Assembly (NCBI GenBank): GCA_052168235.1
Contig: JBQLZK010000028.1
Coordinates: forward strand, 1-64,000
Length of the DNA stretch: 64,000 bases
Reading direction: 5' to 3'
DNA from: Thainema sp.
GTDB taxonomy: Bacteria > Cyanobacteriota > Cyanobacteriia > Phormidesmidales > Phormidesmidaceae
Shown here: positions 1 to 9,927 of the stretch, piece after piece
Position numbering within the stretch: the first letter of the stretch is position 1
How the letters are laid out: each line of letters opens with the position of its first letter
Made by a program: the position numbers and the translations under genes
The notes under the pieces: generated by a model
Seen by the model: the letters and a program-made list of their open reading frames with translations, nothing else
What the model was told of the DNA's origin: nothing
Databases searched by the model: none

Positions 1-54
1 CTTCTTCTTTGTTAAACAGGGCGCTGCAGCCGTTTCCAAACCCCTACAGGATTA

Positions 55-83
55 GGCGGGAGAAGGGGCTGGGGGATGAGGGC
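55..83. repeat. Half of a dispersed cyanobacterial palindromic repeat (GGGGAGAAGGGGCTGGGGGATGAGGGC)
   Basis: Resembles the arms of the element inserted in hypF at 57526-57615. Confidence 0.55.
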
Positions 84-240
84 CGATTTCCTTCAACCTA
101 CCAATCACCGATGCTGCAACCGTCTATCGCTGGCAGGAAGTGATCAATTTCCAATCCTTAACCAACAACCTGTTAGTCCGCTGGGCAAAATGCCTATTCT
201 AAAAGTGCAGGTTTATTGACTCTGGGAGCGCGATCGCACT

Positions 241-1446
241 GTGTCTAGGCAACATTACTTGTATTACAGTCAGCACCTCTCGCTGCAGCCCGGTTCGGCG
301 CATGAAATTCATGATGTGCTCTGTGCCAATGCGGCAGCAAATTTGGGCTATTCAGCCATCTTGGTCTATCCCAATGCAGCAGCAAACTGGCTGAATCCCT
401 CAACCTGGCTGGCTCCGGCGCGTTCTCAGGCACCAGACACGTATTTCCAAGAGTTCTACAATACCGATGCCGCGCTGACCGTTGCGCCGTTACCTGTCCC
501 CGAACCAGCGCTGCAAAAGAAGAGCAAGTTTTTGGATGCCAATACGCTGGCCTGTAAGTACTATCTGCCTGTTTATTTGGCACGGAAAACTGCGATCGCG
601 CATACCCGCAACTGGAATTTTGTCAAAGCCTGCGTTCAATACAACCTGCCCGTCGTATTCGAGCAACACTACTATCGTAAGCAGCCATTTGAACCCGACA
701 TTGTCAATCATCCCTGCTTCCAGGTGGCGATTACTCAATCACCGCTGACTCGCGACAGTTTAATCGAGTGCGGCATGCCCGCTGAAAAAGCGGTCTGGAT
801 GCACAATGGTTTCAGCCCGTCATTCCTCCAGCGTCAACCCACCGAAGCGCAAAAGTGGCGAGATGAGCTGCTCAGCCCCAATCGACAAAAGCTGGTGCTG
901 TACTCTGGCGCATTGGAAAAGTTCAAAGGAATTGACGTGCTGATTGCGGCGGCGAAAGAGCTACCCGATGTGCAAGTGGCGATGACGGGCGGCACGCCGG
1001 AGCAGGTGGCGCACTATCAGCAAAAGGCGCAGAATTTAGGCGTAGATAATGTCAAATTCCTGGGCTGGATTCATCCCCGCAATCGGTTGATTAGCCTCTT
1101 CCAAGCCGCAGACGTGCTAGCGCATCCCCACTGTTCAGGCCATTCGGCAGATTTCACCAATCCGGTGAAGCTGTTCCAGTATTTCTCGTCCGGTACACCA
1201 ATTGCCGCCACGGAAATTCTACCGCTGAAGGAGTTTCAAACACCGCAGCTAGCTGTTACCTGGTGCCCACCGGATGATCCAATTCAGTTCGCCCAGTGTG
1301 TGCGGCAGGCGCTTGAAACTTATCCACGTCGGCAAGAAGGCTACGCCCAAAACATTGACTTTGCGGCCCAGTTCACCTGGGAGAATCGAATTGAGCGGAT
1401 CTTGAGCTACGTGGATGAGAAGGTGCGATCGCAGTTACAGCATTGA
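241..1446 (+). CDS. Glycosyltransferase family 4 (GT-B fold)
   Basis: LYSGALEKFKGIDVLI, ADVL, NPVKLFQY and FTWENR motifs typical of GT4. Confidence 0.85.
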   Translation: MSRQHYLYYSQHLSLQPGSAHEIHDVLCANAAANLGYSAILVYPNAAANWLNPSTWLAPARSQAPDTYFQEFYNTDAALTVAPLPVPEPALQKKSKFLDANTLACKYYLPVYLARKTAIAHTRNWNFVKACVQYNLPVVFEQHYYRKQPFEPDIVNHPCFQVAITQSPLTRDSLIECGMPAEKAVWMHNGFSPSFLQRQPTEAQKWRDELLSPNRQKLVLYSGALEKFKGIDVLIAAAKELPDVQVAMTGGTPEQVAHYQQKAQNLGVDNVKFLGWIHPRNRLISLFQAADVLAHPHCSGHSADFTNPVKLFQYFSSGTPIAATEILPLKEFQTPQLAVTWCPPDDPIQFAQCVRQALETYPRRQEGYAQNIDFAAQFTWENRIERILSYVDEKVRSQLQH

Positions 1447-1474
1447 TTCAATCAAGCCTCGGTAACATCAGGGT

Positions 1475-2356
1475 ATGTCTAGCGTGGCAAACCTTATGTT
1501 TAACCATCAAACCATCAGAACCAACGGCATCCAGCTCCACTACGTCACCGAAGGCGAAGGGCCGCTCATGCTCATGCTGCATGGGTTTCCTGAATTTTGG
1601 TACTCCTGGCGGCATCAGATTCCGGAATTTGCCTCACAGTACAAAGTCGTCGCGCTCGATATGCGGGGCTACAACGACAGCGACAAACCCTCCCAAACAT
1701 CTGATTACGACATCAGTGAACTCATCCAAGACGTGAAAGGGGTGATCACTGGCTTGGGATATGACCGTTGCGTTTTGGTGGGTCACGACTGGGGAGGTGC
1801 GATCGCATGGACATTTGCCGAAGCCTATCCCGCAATGGTCGAGCGGCTAATTGTGCTTAATCTGCCCCATCCAGCCAAGTTTGCCGAAGCCTTTCAGAAG
1901 TTCAATCTGCAACAAATTGGCCGCAGTTGGTACACGTTCTTCTTCCAGCTTCCCTGGCTACCAGAATTCTTATTTGAGCAAAATAACTATCAAGCTATTG
2001 CTGAAATGTTCAGTAACACCGCCGTACAAAAGGATACCTTCACCCCAGAAGACCTGAGTGCCTATCGCCAAGCAATGGCCAAACCTGGAGCCATCACCGC
2101 CGCGCTGAACTACTATCGCAGTGCCCTCTGGCCGATTTTGACCAAGCCGCGAGCTTGGTCAGTTCTCCCCATGCCCACGCTGCTGATCTGGGGCGAACAG
2201 GATGTGGCTTTAGGCAAAGAGCTTACCTACGGCACCGAGCAATATGTCCGCGATCTCCAAATCCGCTACATTCCCGATTCAGGCCACTGGGTACAACAAG
2301 AAAAACCCACCCTCGTCAACCAATATATGCACGAATTTCTAGCCGAGCCTTGTTAA
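1475..2356 (+). CDS. Alpha/beta hydrolase, epoxide hydrolase-like
   Basis: HGFPE, GHDWGG nucleophile motif, GHWVQQE catalytic His. Confidence 0.9.
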   Translation: MSSVANLMFNHQTIRTNGIQLHYVTEGEGPLMLMLHGFPEFWYSWRHQIPEFASQYKVVALDMRGYNDSDKPSQTSDYDISELIQDVKGVITGLGYDRCVLVGHDWGGAIAWTFAEAYPAMVERLIVLNLPHPAKFAEAFQKFNLQQIGRSWYTFFFQLPWLPEFLFEQNNYQAIAEMFSNTAVQKDTFTPEDLSAYRQAMAKPGAITAALNYYRSALWPILTKPRAWSVLPMPTLLIWGEQDVALGKELTYGTEQYVRDLQIRYIPDSGHWVQQEKPTLVNQYMHEFLAEPC

Positions 2357-2360
2357 CGCA

Positions 2361-2433
2361 ATCCATCCACCCATCCACCCACCTACCCACCACCCATCTA
2401 CCCATCTACCCGTCCACCCACCTATCCACCCAC
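2361..2433. repeat. Short tandem repeat tract (CCATCCAC/CCATCTAC)n
   Basis: Degenerate 8-bp units directly visible. Confidence 0.85.
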
Positions 2434-2515
2434 AGATAAACTCTTATTACCAAACCCCTTCGCCCCACAAATCCACCTCTTATAGTGGCAGTTGTCCTCT
2501 GTCTACCGTTGCGCT

Positions 2516-2893
2516 ATGCAGGATTCACTCAATCGCCCACCCCAGCGCCCTGCGGTTGTTATTTGGCTGAAGGTTTACTGCGGAGTATTGGCTGCGATCT
2601 ATTTATTGATTGCGCTGTTGTCACTGGTCTTTTTCTCCGTTAACCCAGCCGAGTTGGAAATGACTGCGGAGGAAGCAACCATCATTGGCACGATCTTTCT
2701 GTTGATCGGCGGTGCATTGTTCATTGTGTTCTTGATTCCAATTTTCCTCAGACCGCGACCGTGGCTCTGGATCTATGACATCGTTGTGATCTGTCTGGGC
2801 TTTACGAGTTTTTGTATTTTGCCGTTTTCAGTTGCCCTGCTAATTTTCTGGCTGAAGCCAGAAGTAAAACGATATTTCGGCATGACGACTTGA
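2516..2893 (+). CDS. Hypothetical membrane protein (3-4 TM helices)
   Basis: Hydrophobic segments; ATG at 2516 preferred over TTG 2492. Confidence 0.75.
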   Translation: MQDSLNRPPQRPAVVIWLKVYCGVLAAIYLLIALLSLVFFSVNPAELEMTAEEATIIGTIFLLIGGALFIVFLIPIFLRPRPWLWIYDIVVICLGFTSFCILPFSVALLIFWLKPEVKRYFGMTT

Positions 2894-2902
2894 TGCACAA
2901 CC

Positions 2903-2943
2903 CAACAAAAAAAGAGAGCGCATCGCGCTCTCTTTTTTTGTTG
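2903..2943. terminator. Inverted repeat with GCATCGC core and A/T tails; intrinsic terminator
   Basis: caacaaaaaaagagagcg-catcg-cgctctctttttttgttg. Confidence 0.75.
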
Positions 2944-3157
2944 TAGAGGAATTGCGATCGCTTTTCTCTGTTCAAGTAAAACAAATTAAGAAGCGTGGCG
3001 TTCTCTTACATTTGCCACCCAAATCTGAGCTGCAATGAAATTTCAGCCTTCTTTGACGCTAATTTTGAAGCATAAGCACCACAATATAGACATATAAGTG
3101 CCTATTGATACAAGTGCCTATTACTGCTTCTCATTTTCGCTTCAGAGGATGTTTGTG

Positions 3158-4435
3158 ATGGTTACTTACTACAGCAACGGGGCTATTTGGTATGGAGATA
3201 CCAATGGGGTTTTAAAACATACAGGCAAAAAACAAGAGGTGGCAGTCATTGGGAACGATAACACCCTCTTTGGTGATGCGACCTATCAAATGATTAAAAA
3301 TGCTAAAGGCGGCAACGACACGCTCTTCGCAGAGGGAGATTCTAATAAACTCTATGGCGATGCGGGTGGAACGTACCAAGACGATGGTGGAATGTATGAC
3401 CATGCCAAAGGCGGCAACGATACACTCACCGTAAACGGAAATAGCAACTGGCTAATTGGCGATGCCTATAGAATGTTCGACAAAAACAAAGGGGGCAATG
3501 ACATCTTTCATGTAGTTGGGGATACTAATGACTTTATCCTTGGCGACGCTTATGAAATGTCTGGTCAGGCCAAAGGAGGTAATGACACCTTCAACATAGT
3601 CGGGGATAGCAACAACGTCTACGGTGATGCAAGCTACATGAATGACACCGCCAAAGGGGGGAACGACAGGATCACGGTCATTGGTAATGACAGCTACTCC
3701 CTCAGTGGTGATGCGTTTGAATTCAACGGCAATAACCAAGGCGGCAACGACACCATTACTGTCATCGGCCATGACAACAGCTTTGCTGGCGATGCCGATG
3801 CCATATTGCATAATTCTCGCGGCGGAAATGATCGCCTCACTGCACAAGGAAATGGTAATTCTCTAGTTGGGGACGCTGCTAGCCTAGGGGTATTTGAAGA
3901 ATACGATAATCCTATTGGCGGAAATGACACTCTTGTAGCAGTTGGGAACTATAACTCCCTCAGTGGCGATGCCTGGTGGATGGAGGCCTTCGCTAAAGGA
4001 CGCAACGATATTTTGCTTGGCATTGGTGACGGCAATTACCTCTATGGCGATACGCAGGTCATGCGAGAAACAGCTAAAGGAGGGAATGATGTATTGATCG
4101 GTATTGGTGGTGTTAACTATCTCTATGGTGATGCTCAATCCGTATACAACATCGAATTAGAGGAAATTCCGGTTTGGGAGGCTCAAGGCGGAGCAGATAC
4201 GTTCGTCTTACAAAGAGGCCTCGGCTACAACATTATCGGGGATTTTGACCGTAGCGAAGGTGACGTACTGGCACTTTACAAAGATCTCTACCAAAGATTG
4301 GGCAGATTAGCGATCACTACAAATGGGGCAGATACAGAAATTAGCTATGGTCACGATCTACTGGCTATTGTCTTAGGAGTTACCGACATTACACCCGCAG
4401 ACTTCACTCGATTCACATCAACTATCTGCGGCTAA
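3158..4435 (+). CDS. RTX-like glycine/aspartate repeat protein, probably Ca-binding and secreted
   Basis: About 11 repeats of GDA..(AK)GGND(T/I)L..G..N.L; C-terminal GGADTF..DF..GD region typical of type I secretion substrates; GAGGA RBS before ATG 3158. Confidence 0.7.
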   Translation: MVTYYSNGAIWYGDTNGVLKHTGKKQEVAVIGNDNTLFGDATYQMIKNAKGGNDTLFAEGDSNKLYGDAGGTYQDDGGMYDHAKGGNDTLTVNGNSNWLIGDAYRMFDKNKGGNDIFHVVGDTNDFILGDAYEMSGQAKGGNDTFNIVGDSNNVYGDASYMNDTAKGGNDRITVIGNDSYSLSGDAFEFNGNNQGGNDTITVIGHDNSFAGDADAILHNSRGGNDRLTAQGNGNSLVGDAASLGVFEEYDNPIGGNDTLVAVGNYNSLSGDAWWMEAFAKGRNDILLGIGDGNYLYGDTQVMRETAKGGNDVLIGIGGVNYLYGDAQSVYNIELEEIPVWEAQGGADTFVLQRGLGYNIIGDFDRSEGDVLALYKDLYQRLGRLAITTNGADTEISYGHDLLAIVLGVTDITPADFTRFTSTICG

Positions 4436-4461
4436 ACATCTGCCACTGCGATCGCAACCCT

Positions 4462-5598
4462 TTAGGATCTAATTTGCACAGGCATCACCAAATACGTCAT
4501 CTTAATCCCACCCACGGGCGTCAAAATCGCCGGACTCGTCGCTGTATTACACTGCATCTGAATCTCAGACGTATCGAGCGCCTTCAAACCATCCAGCAGA
4601 TAGCGCACGTTGAATGCAATATCCAGATCATCACCGGAAATCTGAGCCGGAATCGTTTCGCGTCCGCTGCCCACATCTTGAGCTTCCACCGAAAGCGTCA
4701 GCGTACTCTTCGCTCCGTCAAACGTCAGCTTCACAATATTATTTTTCTGGTCAGCCAGCACCGCAATCCGCTCCAGCGCCACAATCAGCAAGCGGCGCTC
4801 CACGGTGATTTGGCGCGAAAACTGGGTCGGGATTAGCTGCCGATAGTTGGGATACTGTCCTTCCAGTAAACGACTGGTAATCCGCTGGTAGTTTAATTCA
4901 AAACTGACCTGCCCCGGATCATGGCGAAGTGCGATCGCATCGACCCCTTGAGCCTGCATCAACATCCGCTCCAGCTCCCGCAGCGCCTTGGCCGGAACCG
5001 TTACTTCCATTTCGGTGTCCGATGCACTGGCGGCATCATCATCTTGCTCAACTGCTTCGACAACCGCCAGACGATGACCATCCGTGGCCGCAAATTCCAT
5101 GCTGTCCGCTTTTGATGTGAGGTGAACCCCGGTTAACACCTGCTTCGATTCGTCGGTACTCGTGGCAAACAGCGCTCCTTTCAAACCGTCCACCAGCATA
5201 TCCACCGACAAATTGGCAGGCTGGCCATTTTCCAACGACGGTAGTTCCGGGTATTCTTCCGCACTGAGTCCACGTACTTGGTACTGACCCGAACTACAGG
5301 TCAGTGTCACCAACATCTCCTCTTCCGTCAGCGTCAGGTCTTCTTCCGGCAGGCGCGACACAATGTCATTCAGCAGCTTTGCGGGCAGCGTCAGCACGCC
5401 GCCTTCCTCCACGTTGGCCTCAAAGCTGGTTTGAATGCCAAGGCTCAAATCAAATCCCGTCAGGCTCACGCGCTGAGCTTTTTGATCCGCTTTGAGCAGC
5501 ACATTTCCCAAAACAGGCAAGCTGGGGCGAGACGGCACAATGCGGCTAACAATCGTCAGATTGGCGCTGAGGTCACTTTGTGAGCAGGTGAGCTTCAT
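4462..5598 (-). CDS. dnaN: DNA polymerase III beta clamp
   Basis: ATDGHRLA, GQYPNY, IAFNVRYL, YLVMPVQIR. Confidence 0.97.
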   Translation of the reverse strand: MKLTCSQSDLSANLTIVSRIVPSRPSLPVLGNVLLKADQKAQRVSLTGFDLSLGIQTSFEANVEEGGVLTLPAKLLNDIVSRLPEEDLTLTEEEMLVTLTCSSGQYQVRGLSAEEYPELPSLENGQPANLSVDMLVDGLKGALFATSTDESKQVLTGVHLTSKADSMEFAATDGHRLAVVEAVEQDDDAASASDTEMEVTVPAKALRELERMLMQAQGVDAIALRHDPGQVSFELNYQRITSRLLEGQYPNYRQLIPTQFSRQITVERRLLIVALERIAVLADQKNNIVKLTFDGAKSTLTLSVEAQDVGSGRETIPAQISGDDLDIAFNVRYLLDGLKALDTSEIQMQCNTATSPAILTPVGGIKMTYLVMPVQIRS

Positions 5599-5850
5599 AA
5601 GAAATAACGGTGAAGATGGAAAATCAGCGATATCGAAGCGAAAGCAGAATCACGTTTAGGAACAAACCCAACATCCAGATCGCTTAAACCGTTCAGACTT
5701 CAGATTCCAGCCAGCCAAAACCCGAAATCTAAACTCCAAAATCCAAAAGCGATCGAACCGGTTCGGAACGATATCGTAACACCGCCTTCTCCCAGATTCA
5801 ATCCGATGCAAATTTGGAATCACGCCTTTGTCTTTAAATCTTCTCTTCCG

Positions 5851-6107
5851 ATTATGTTTTAAACAGATCGTAGTAGTAGGGCCTGTGGAAAATGTGGAAA
5901 AGATCGGGAATGCCTATCCTATAAGCGATCCCAAGCCTACACAGCCTGTGGAAAACCTGTGGAAAACCAAAAGCTTTATCCACAGAGCAAACGTACCACC
6001 AGATCTTATCCACAATGTCTAAATAGTTTTCCACAGGTTTTCCACAGGTTTTCCACAGGTTTTCCCAAGGAAAAGCCGACTTTTCCACAGCCCAAGCAAG
6101 TGGAAAA
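5851..6107. other. Probable replication origin oriC (DnaA-box cluster plus DnaA-trios)
   Basis: Ten TT(A/T)TCCACA boxes (5884, 5893, 5947, 5958 reverse; 5976, 6006, 6027, 6038, 6049, 6081 forward), TAG repeats at 5871-5879, upstream of dnaN. Confidence 0.88.
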
Positions 6108-6932
6108 AATTTACGATCTAATCAGTTATGACACCTACTTTAAAGCTATTAAGCAATAAAGCGATGGTTGAGCAGTCTAACCGTCCTAGTACCGTCTTAA
6201 TCTAAACGAGCTGAAATCCTGGCAATCCTCAGTCTCAAACTGAGATTGCTAAAGGATTTAGCGTACTACAACTTGCTACGATCAGTTCTGTAAACGGAAC
6301 ATTCTGCTCCTGCGGTCTGGGTAGAATCCCTCCTTTTAGGAAGAGCAGGATTTGAATTTAATGTAACGAAAGCTGACCGATAGACTAAGTTTTGCTGCGA
6401 GACGCTTCAGATCACAGCGAAAAACTGAGACGATATAGGATATTAAAGAAGAGCTAATACCCAATATTCCTGCGGTTTCCGGCGTAACTGAGATGTTTCT
6501 GGCGTTTATACCGATGAGGTTGCTCATCGTTTACAGACGCTGAGTACGTAATCACATCCAGTGAAGAAAAGTGAACAACAAGTGAGCAACACTTTTTGAC
6601 GCAGGCTGGGGGTTAGCTTGTTGTTTTCAGTTCTGGAACTTAGCTCATAACGCTAAGAGAGCGTTCGCTATCTATTTCGGATGATTAAAGACGGGCAAAA
6701 TATCAGCCTATCTCTGTCATTGCGATACGGAAGGACTATTTCAGCAGATTGAAGACAGAAGCGTTCAAACTGTTTACGCTTCAAGTAACGAATCAAATAA
6801 CGAACTTGGTTTGCGCTTAGCAGCGATTCCCTACGTCTCTGAAATGCTCGGATTGCGATCTGTGCAGGGGCGTCGAATTTCTGCACAACGTATGACCAGT
6901 TTTTCCAAACCAAATACTTAATTGAATAATCT

Positions 6933-7565
6933 TTGCTTGGGAGGAGAAGTGCGGTGTTGAGTTTTCAAAATCAATTTACATCACGTTTAACATCACGTTC
7001 GATTCAGCCAGTCGTTAATTGGTTGCAGCGGCGTCGGTCGCTAGCGGGTTCGCTGCTGGCGCTAACGATTACAATTGGCACGATGTCGGTGGTTCAAGCC
7101 CAGCAATCTGAGGGCATGCTTGAGCTACAAACGCCGAATGAGATCGCAGATGTATCAAATCAGCCGGCTGAACAAGTCGCTCAACTGAGTAGCGACTCTT
7201 TACAAGATGGTGTTTATCTCTATGGGCAATCTCCCGAACCTGACCAGATCGGTTCTGGTTATGTGGTGTTCGAATCTCGTAATCAGCAGGTAATCGGCGC
7301 GCTGTATATGCCCCACTCGTCATTTGACTGTATGTATGGCTCAATTGCTGAAAATGAACTGGCGATGACCGTGATCAACAGCTATGGCGAAGGCGAATAT
7401 CCCTATGCGATCGCACGTGCCCAATCAGCCGAAATTGCTAATGCTGAAGGTGGTGCTGCACCTGGGCTACAGTTAGCAGGCATGCATCACATCTCTGACT
7501 TAAGTGAAATGGATCAAGACGTTTTGGCGGTCTGTGTTGATCGATTCCAAGACGAAATCTGGTAA
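6933..7565 (+). CDS. Conserved cyanobacterial hypothetical exported protein
   Basis: Signal/TM segment; DGVYLYGQSPEPDQIGSGYVVFE..GALYMPHSSFDC block; start uncertain. Confidence 0.7.
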   Translation: MLGRRSAVLSFQNQFTSRLTSRSIQPVVNWLQRRRSLAGSLLALTITIGTMSVVQAQQSEGMLELQTPNEIADVSNQPAEQVAQLSSDSLQDGVYLYGQSPEPDQIGSGYVVFESRNQQVIGALYMPHSSFDCMYGSIAENELAMTVINSYGEGEYPYAIARAQSAEIANAEGGAAPGLQLAGMHHISDLSEMDQDVLAVCVDRFQDEIW

Positions 7566-7616
7566 TTTCAAACTCCTCCTCACCTCCTCACCTCCTCAAT
7601 TCAACAAATTGATTAG

Positions 7617-7654
7617 AGAAAATCGGTAGTCTACTAGTAGACTACCGATTTTCT
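7617..7654. terminator. Perfect 38-bp palindrome between convergent genes; bidirectional terminator
   Basis: agaaaatcggtagtctact|agtagactaccgattttct. Confidence 0.7.
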
Positions 7655-7718
7655 TTTGTTTCCGATCTGATGGATGAATTCGATTCAGTGTTACATCGAT
7701 CAGCGTTACAGAGATGAC

Positions 7719-7937
7719 CTAGAAAAGCAGCATTACCAAGATGACAGCCAACAAAGCTGTAAAAACAGTACCTAATCCTGAAGAATTTTCTTGGTTTAGC
7801 TCCCGTTTAAAGTCGCAATTGATGCAGCTATAGAGCGAGTTGCTTTGCTGCACAATCGTGTGTTTGCCGCATTTTGGGCACTCCAAACTCGGATTTGGAA
7901 CTGAAACCAGCGACGACGAGTTGCTCATAGCGGTCAC
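7719..7937 (-). CDS. Small zinc-ribbon protein with C-terminal membrane anchor
   Basis: CPKC...CINC and hydrophobic C-terminus. Confidence 0.7.
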   Translation of the reverse strand: MTAMSNSSSLVSVPNPSLECPKCGKHTIVQQSNSLYSCINCDFKRELNQENSSGLGTVFTALLAVILVMLLF

Positions 7938-8374
7938 AGGGTAACGACGGCAAAGATTAATCCTCTGCTGCTGAAAACTTCAAGTTAACAATTGGATGTT
8001 CCTGAAAGTAGCGGGACAGCGCTAAGCCCAGTTTGCAAGATGTGTGGGCTTGATGATGAACCAACTTCATCGTTTCTTTACAAAACTGGACACCTGTCTT
8101 GATAATTCTCTTATAATACTGGTTGGGTGCTTGCTGACCATCTCATCTCAGACCACCTCGTAATTATGCGGATAGGTCGTCGGAGATGAGGGCTATCCAG
8201 CTTAAAAGTTCAGGAATTTAACTGTTTTGCAGCTAATCGGGTTTCTCGATAATGGAAACATTACGGAATCTTTAGCGTCTTCTTGCGGTAGAGCAAGCTG
8301 TCTTAAGCGACCGATGTTCTTGACCAGGGAAGTAAGCAAAAGCAGTTAGTTGAAGTAAGCATTAGGCAAACTAC

Positions 8375-8605
8375 ATGTTGATGATCATTTACTTACTTGG
8401 CGCTCTGACAACTGGTACTCTGCTACTGGTTGCGTTTTTGATGGATGAAACGACATCAATTACCCATGTTGGTTCGTGGTTGGTGGTGTTAGTTGCATCC
8501 CTGATTTGGCCCTTAGCGCTGCCATTATCTGGTGTTGAGCTATGGAAGTCTCGCCATCGTAATTTGCCCATTGTTGAATTTGAGCAAATTGAAGCATCAA
8601 GTTAG
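8375..8605 (+). CDS. Small hypothetical membrane protein
   Basis: Two TM segments, AFLMDETT..SW..ASLIWPL pattern. Confidence 0.65.
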   Translation: MLMIIYLLGALTTGTLLLVAFLMDETTSITHVGSWLVVLVASLIWPLALPLSGVELWKSRHRNLPIVEFEQIEASS

Positions 8606-8834
8606 TGCATGCCTACGTGATTGAAAAAATGATCAGGGTTTAGGCCAGTTTCTGAATAGCTTTGTTTCAGACATTGGACTTAAGCGGCTTATTTTATTGA
8701 AAGTATAGTTATGCCAGGGTGTGTGCAGTTCCCGAAAGTCGCTGTACATTACAGGTAGAAGCAAAGGTGATCCAAAATTGATTGCACAGTTTGGGTGTAT
8801 CACGAAAAGTTAAATTGTTAGAAATCTTGAAATT

Positions 8835-8875
8835 AAAACCTCCTCAGTGCTTTCTGGACATTGGGGAGGTTTTTT
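8835..8875 (+). terminator. Intrinsic terminator-like hairpin
   Basis: aaaacctcctcagtg...cattggggaggtttttt. Confidence 0.5.
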
Positions 8876-8997
8876 AAGGACAAGACGTGCGATCGCAGTG
8901 CTAAATTGGTTAAGATAGTTGGTCGAAGACCGAAGTCACTTCTGTTTATGTCTTATCTTGTTTGCGTATCAAATGTGAACTGAGCACAGACGGTTAG

Positions 8998-9070
8998 CCA
9001 GGGTTGGCCGAGCGGATTAGGCAGCGAACTCATAATTCGCCTTAGGCAGGTTCAACTCCTGCACCCTGGA
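8998..9070 (+). tRNA. tRNA with CAU anticodon, most likely tRNA-Ile2 (lysidine)
   Basis: CCAGGGT/ACCCTGG acceptor stem, GCGAA-CTCATAA-TTCGC anticodon arm, GGTTCAACTCC T arm; no encoded CCA. Confidence 0.92.
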
Positions 9071-9078
9071 TTTATCTT

Positions 9079-9137
9079 TGAAAGTTGAAAAGCGCTGGGT
9101 AGTCGTATTGTGGCTACCCAGCGCTTTTCAACTTTCA
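9079..9137. terminator. Long inverted repeat between the tRNA and a convergent gene
   Basis: tgaaagttgaaaagcgctgggtag...ctacccagcgcttttcaactttca. Confidence 0.75.
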
Positions 9138-9171
9138 ATTTTGGGAGGACAAGTCGGGCAAAGTGTTCAAC

Positions 9172-9666
9172 CTAGTAGAGCGCTCTGACAGCCGGATCTT
9201 CCTCTTGGATAACTGGACGGCGGAATTCAGGTACCAACTCAGGCCCGACGATATCGAAATTGGCACCATATGACGGTAGCAGTAGGAGTGAAGTGGCAAA
9301 CGGATTAGGTAAGTCCGGTGTCCGCAAAACGGGATCAGACGATGCCTGTAGTTCCAGCAGCTCTCTATACAGTTCATTGATATCTTCAGCATCGGCTTCG
9401 ATGGCCAATTCTGGGAAAGTGGCGGGTACGCCTAAGCCCAAGAGCGATCGCACTTGATCTGGAATGGTGCGCTGCCGATAGTAATCACCTGAGACATCAA
9501 AAAATTCGTCGTCTACAACTTCAGGAATCGGAACAACTTCGATCAAATTCACTTCAACAACATCGACCGCTTCCTGAGCATTAGCGGCTTGGGGAAGTGC
9601 AATTGAGGACGCAACTAACGCTGCCGCACCAGCCGCACCAAGGTAATGTTTTAATCCGATGCTCAT
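9172..9666 (-). CDS. Conserved cyanobacterial hypothetical exported protein
   Basis: Signal peptide (ANA-QE), FPELAIEAD and DPVLRTPDLPNPF block; GAGGAG RBS. Confidence 0.75.
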   Translation of the reverse strand: MSIGLKHYLGAAGAAALVASSIALPQAANAQEAVDVVEVNLIEVVPIPEVVDDEFFDVSGDYYRQRTIPDQVRSLLGLGVPATFPELAIEADAEDINELYRELLELQASSDPVLRTPDLPNPFATSLLLLPSYGANFDIVGPELVPEFRRPVIQEEDPAVRALY

Positions 9667-9927
9667 GGCCTCACTCCTCAAATTTTGTGTAGATTTTGCT
9701 GTCCATGTTAACGCATGAATGGTGAACGAACGAATGGACATAGAATTATTGTGGACAAAAGTGGAACAAAAATATCGCTCTTGGTGTATTTCTCAACATT
9801 TATAGCTGTTGCTACTAACATCAGGGCACTGAACGCTAAATACAGCGCTCTGCCGCCTTAATAGTTTTTTGATCTAGACGGCAAACGCTATACTATGACC
9901 GCTTCATTTTTTGCGAAGAATAGGCCC

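Noticed and set aside
2155..2439. 94-aa ORF ending in HPSTHLP repeats
   Set aside because: Overlaps the hydrolase in another frame and runs into the repeat tract
5828..6159. Short ORFs across the DnaA-box cluster
   Set aside because: Translations (VENLWK, FPQVFHR) simply reflect the box repeats
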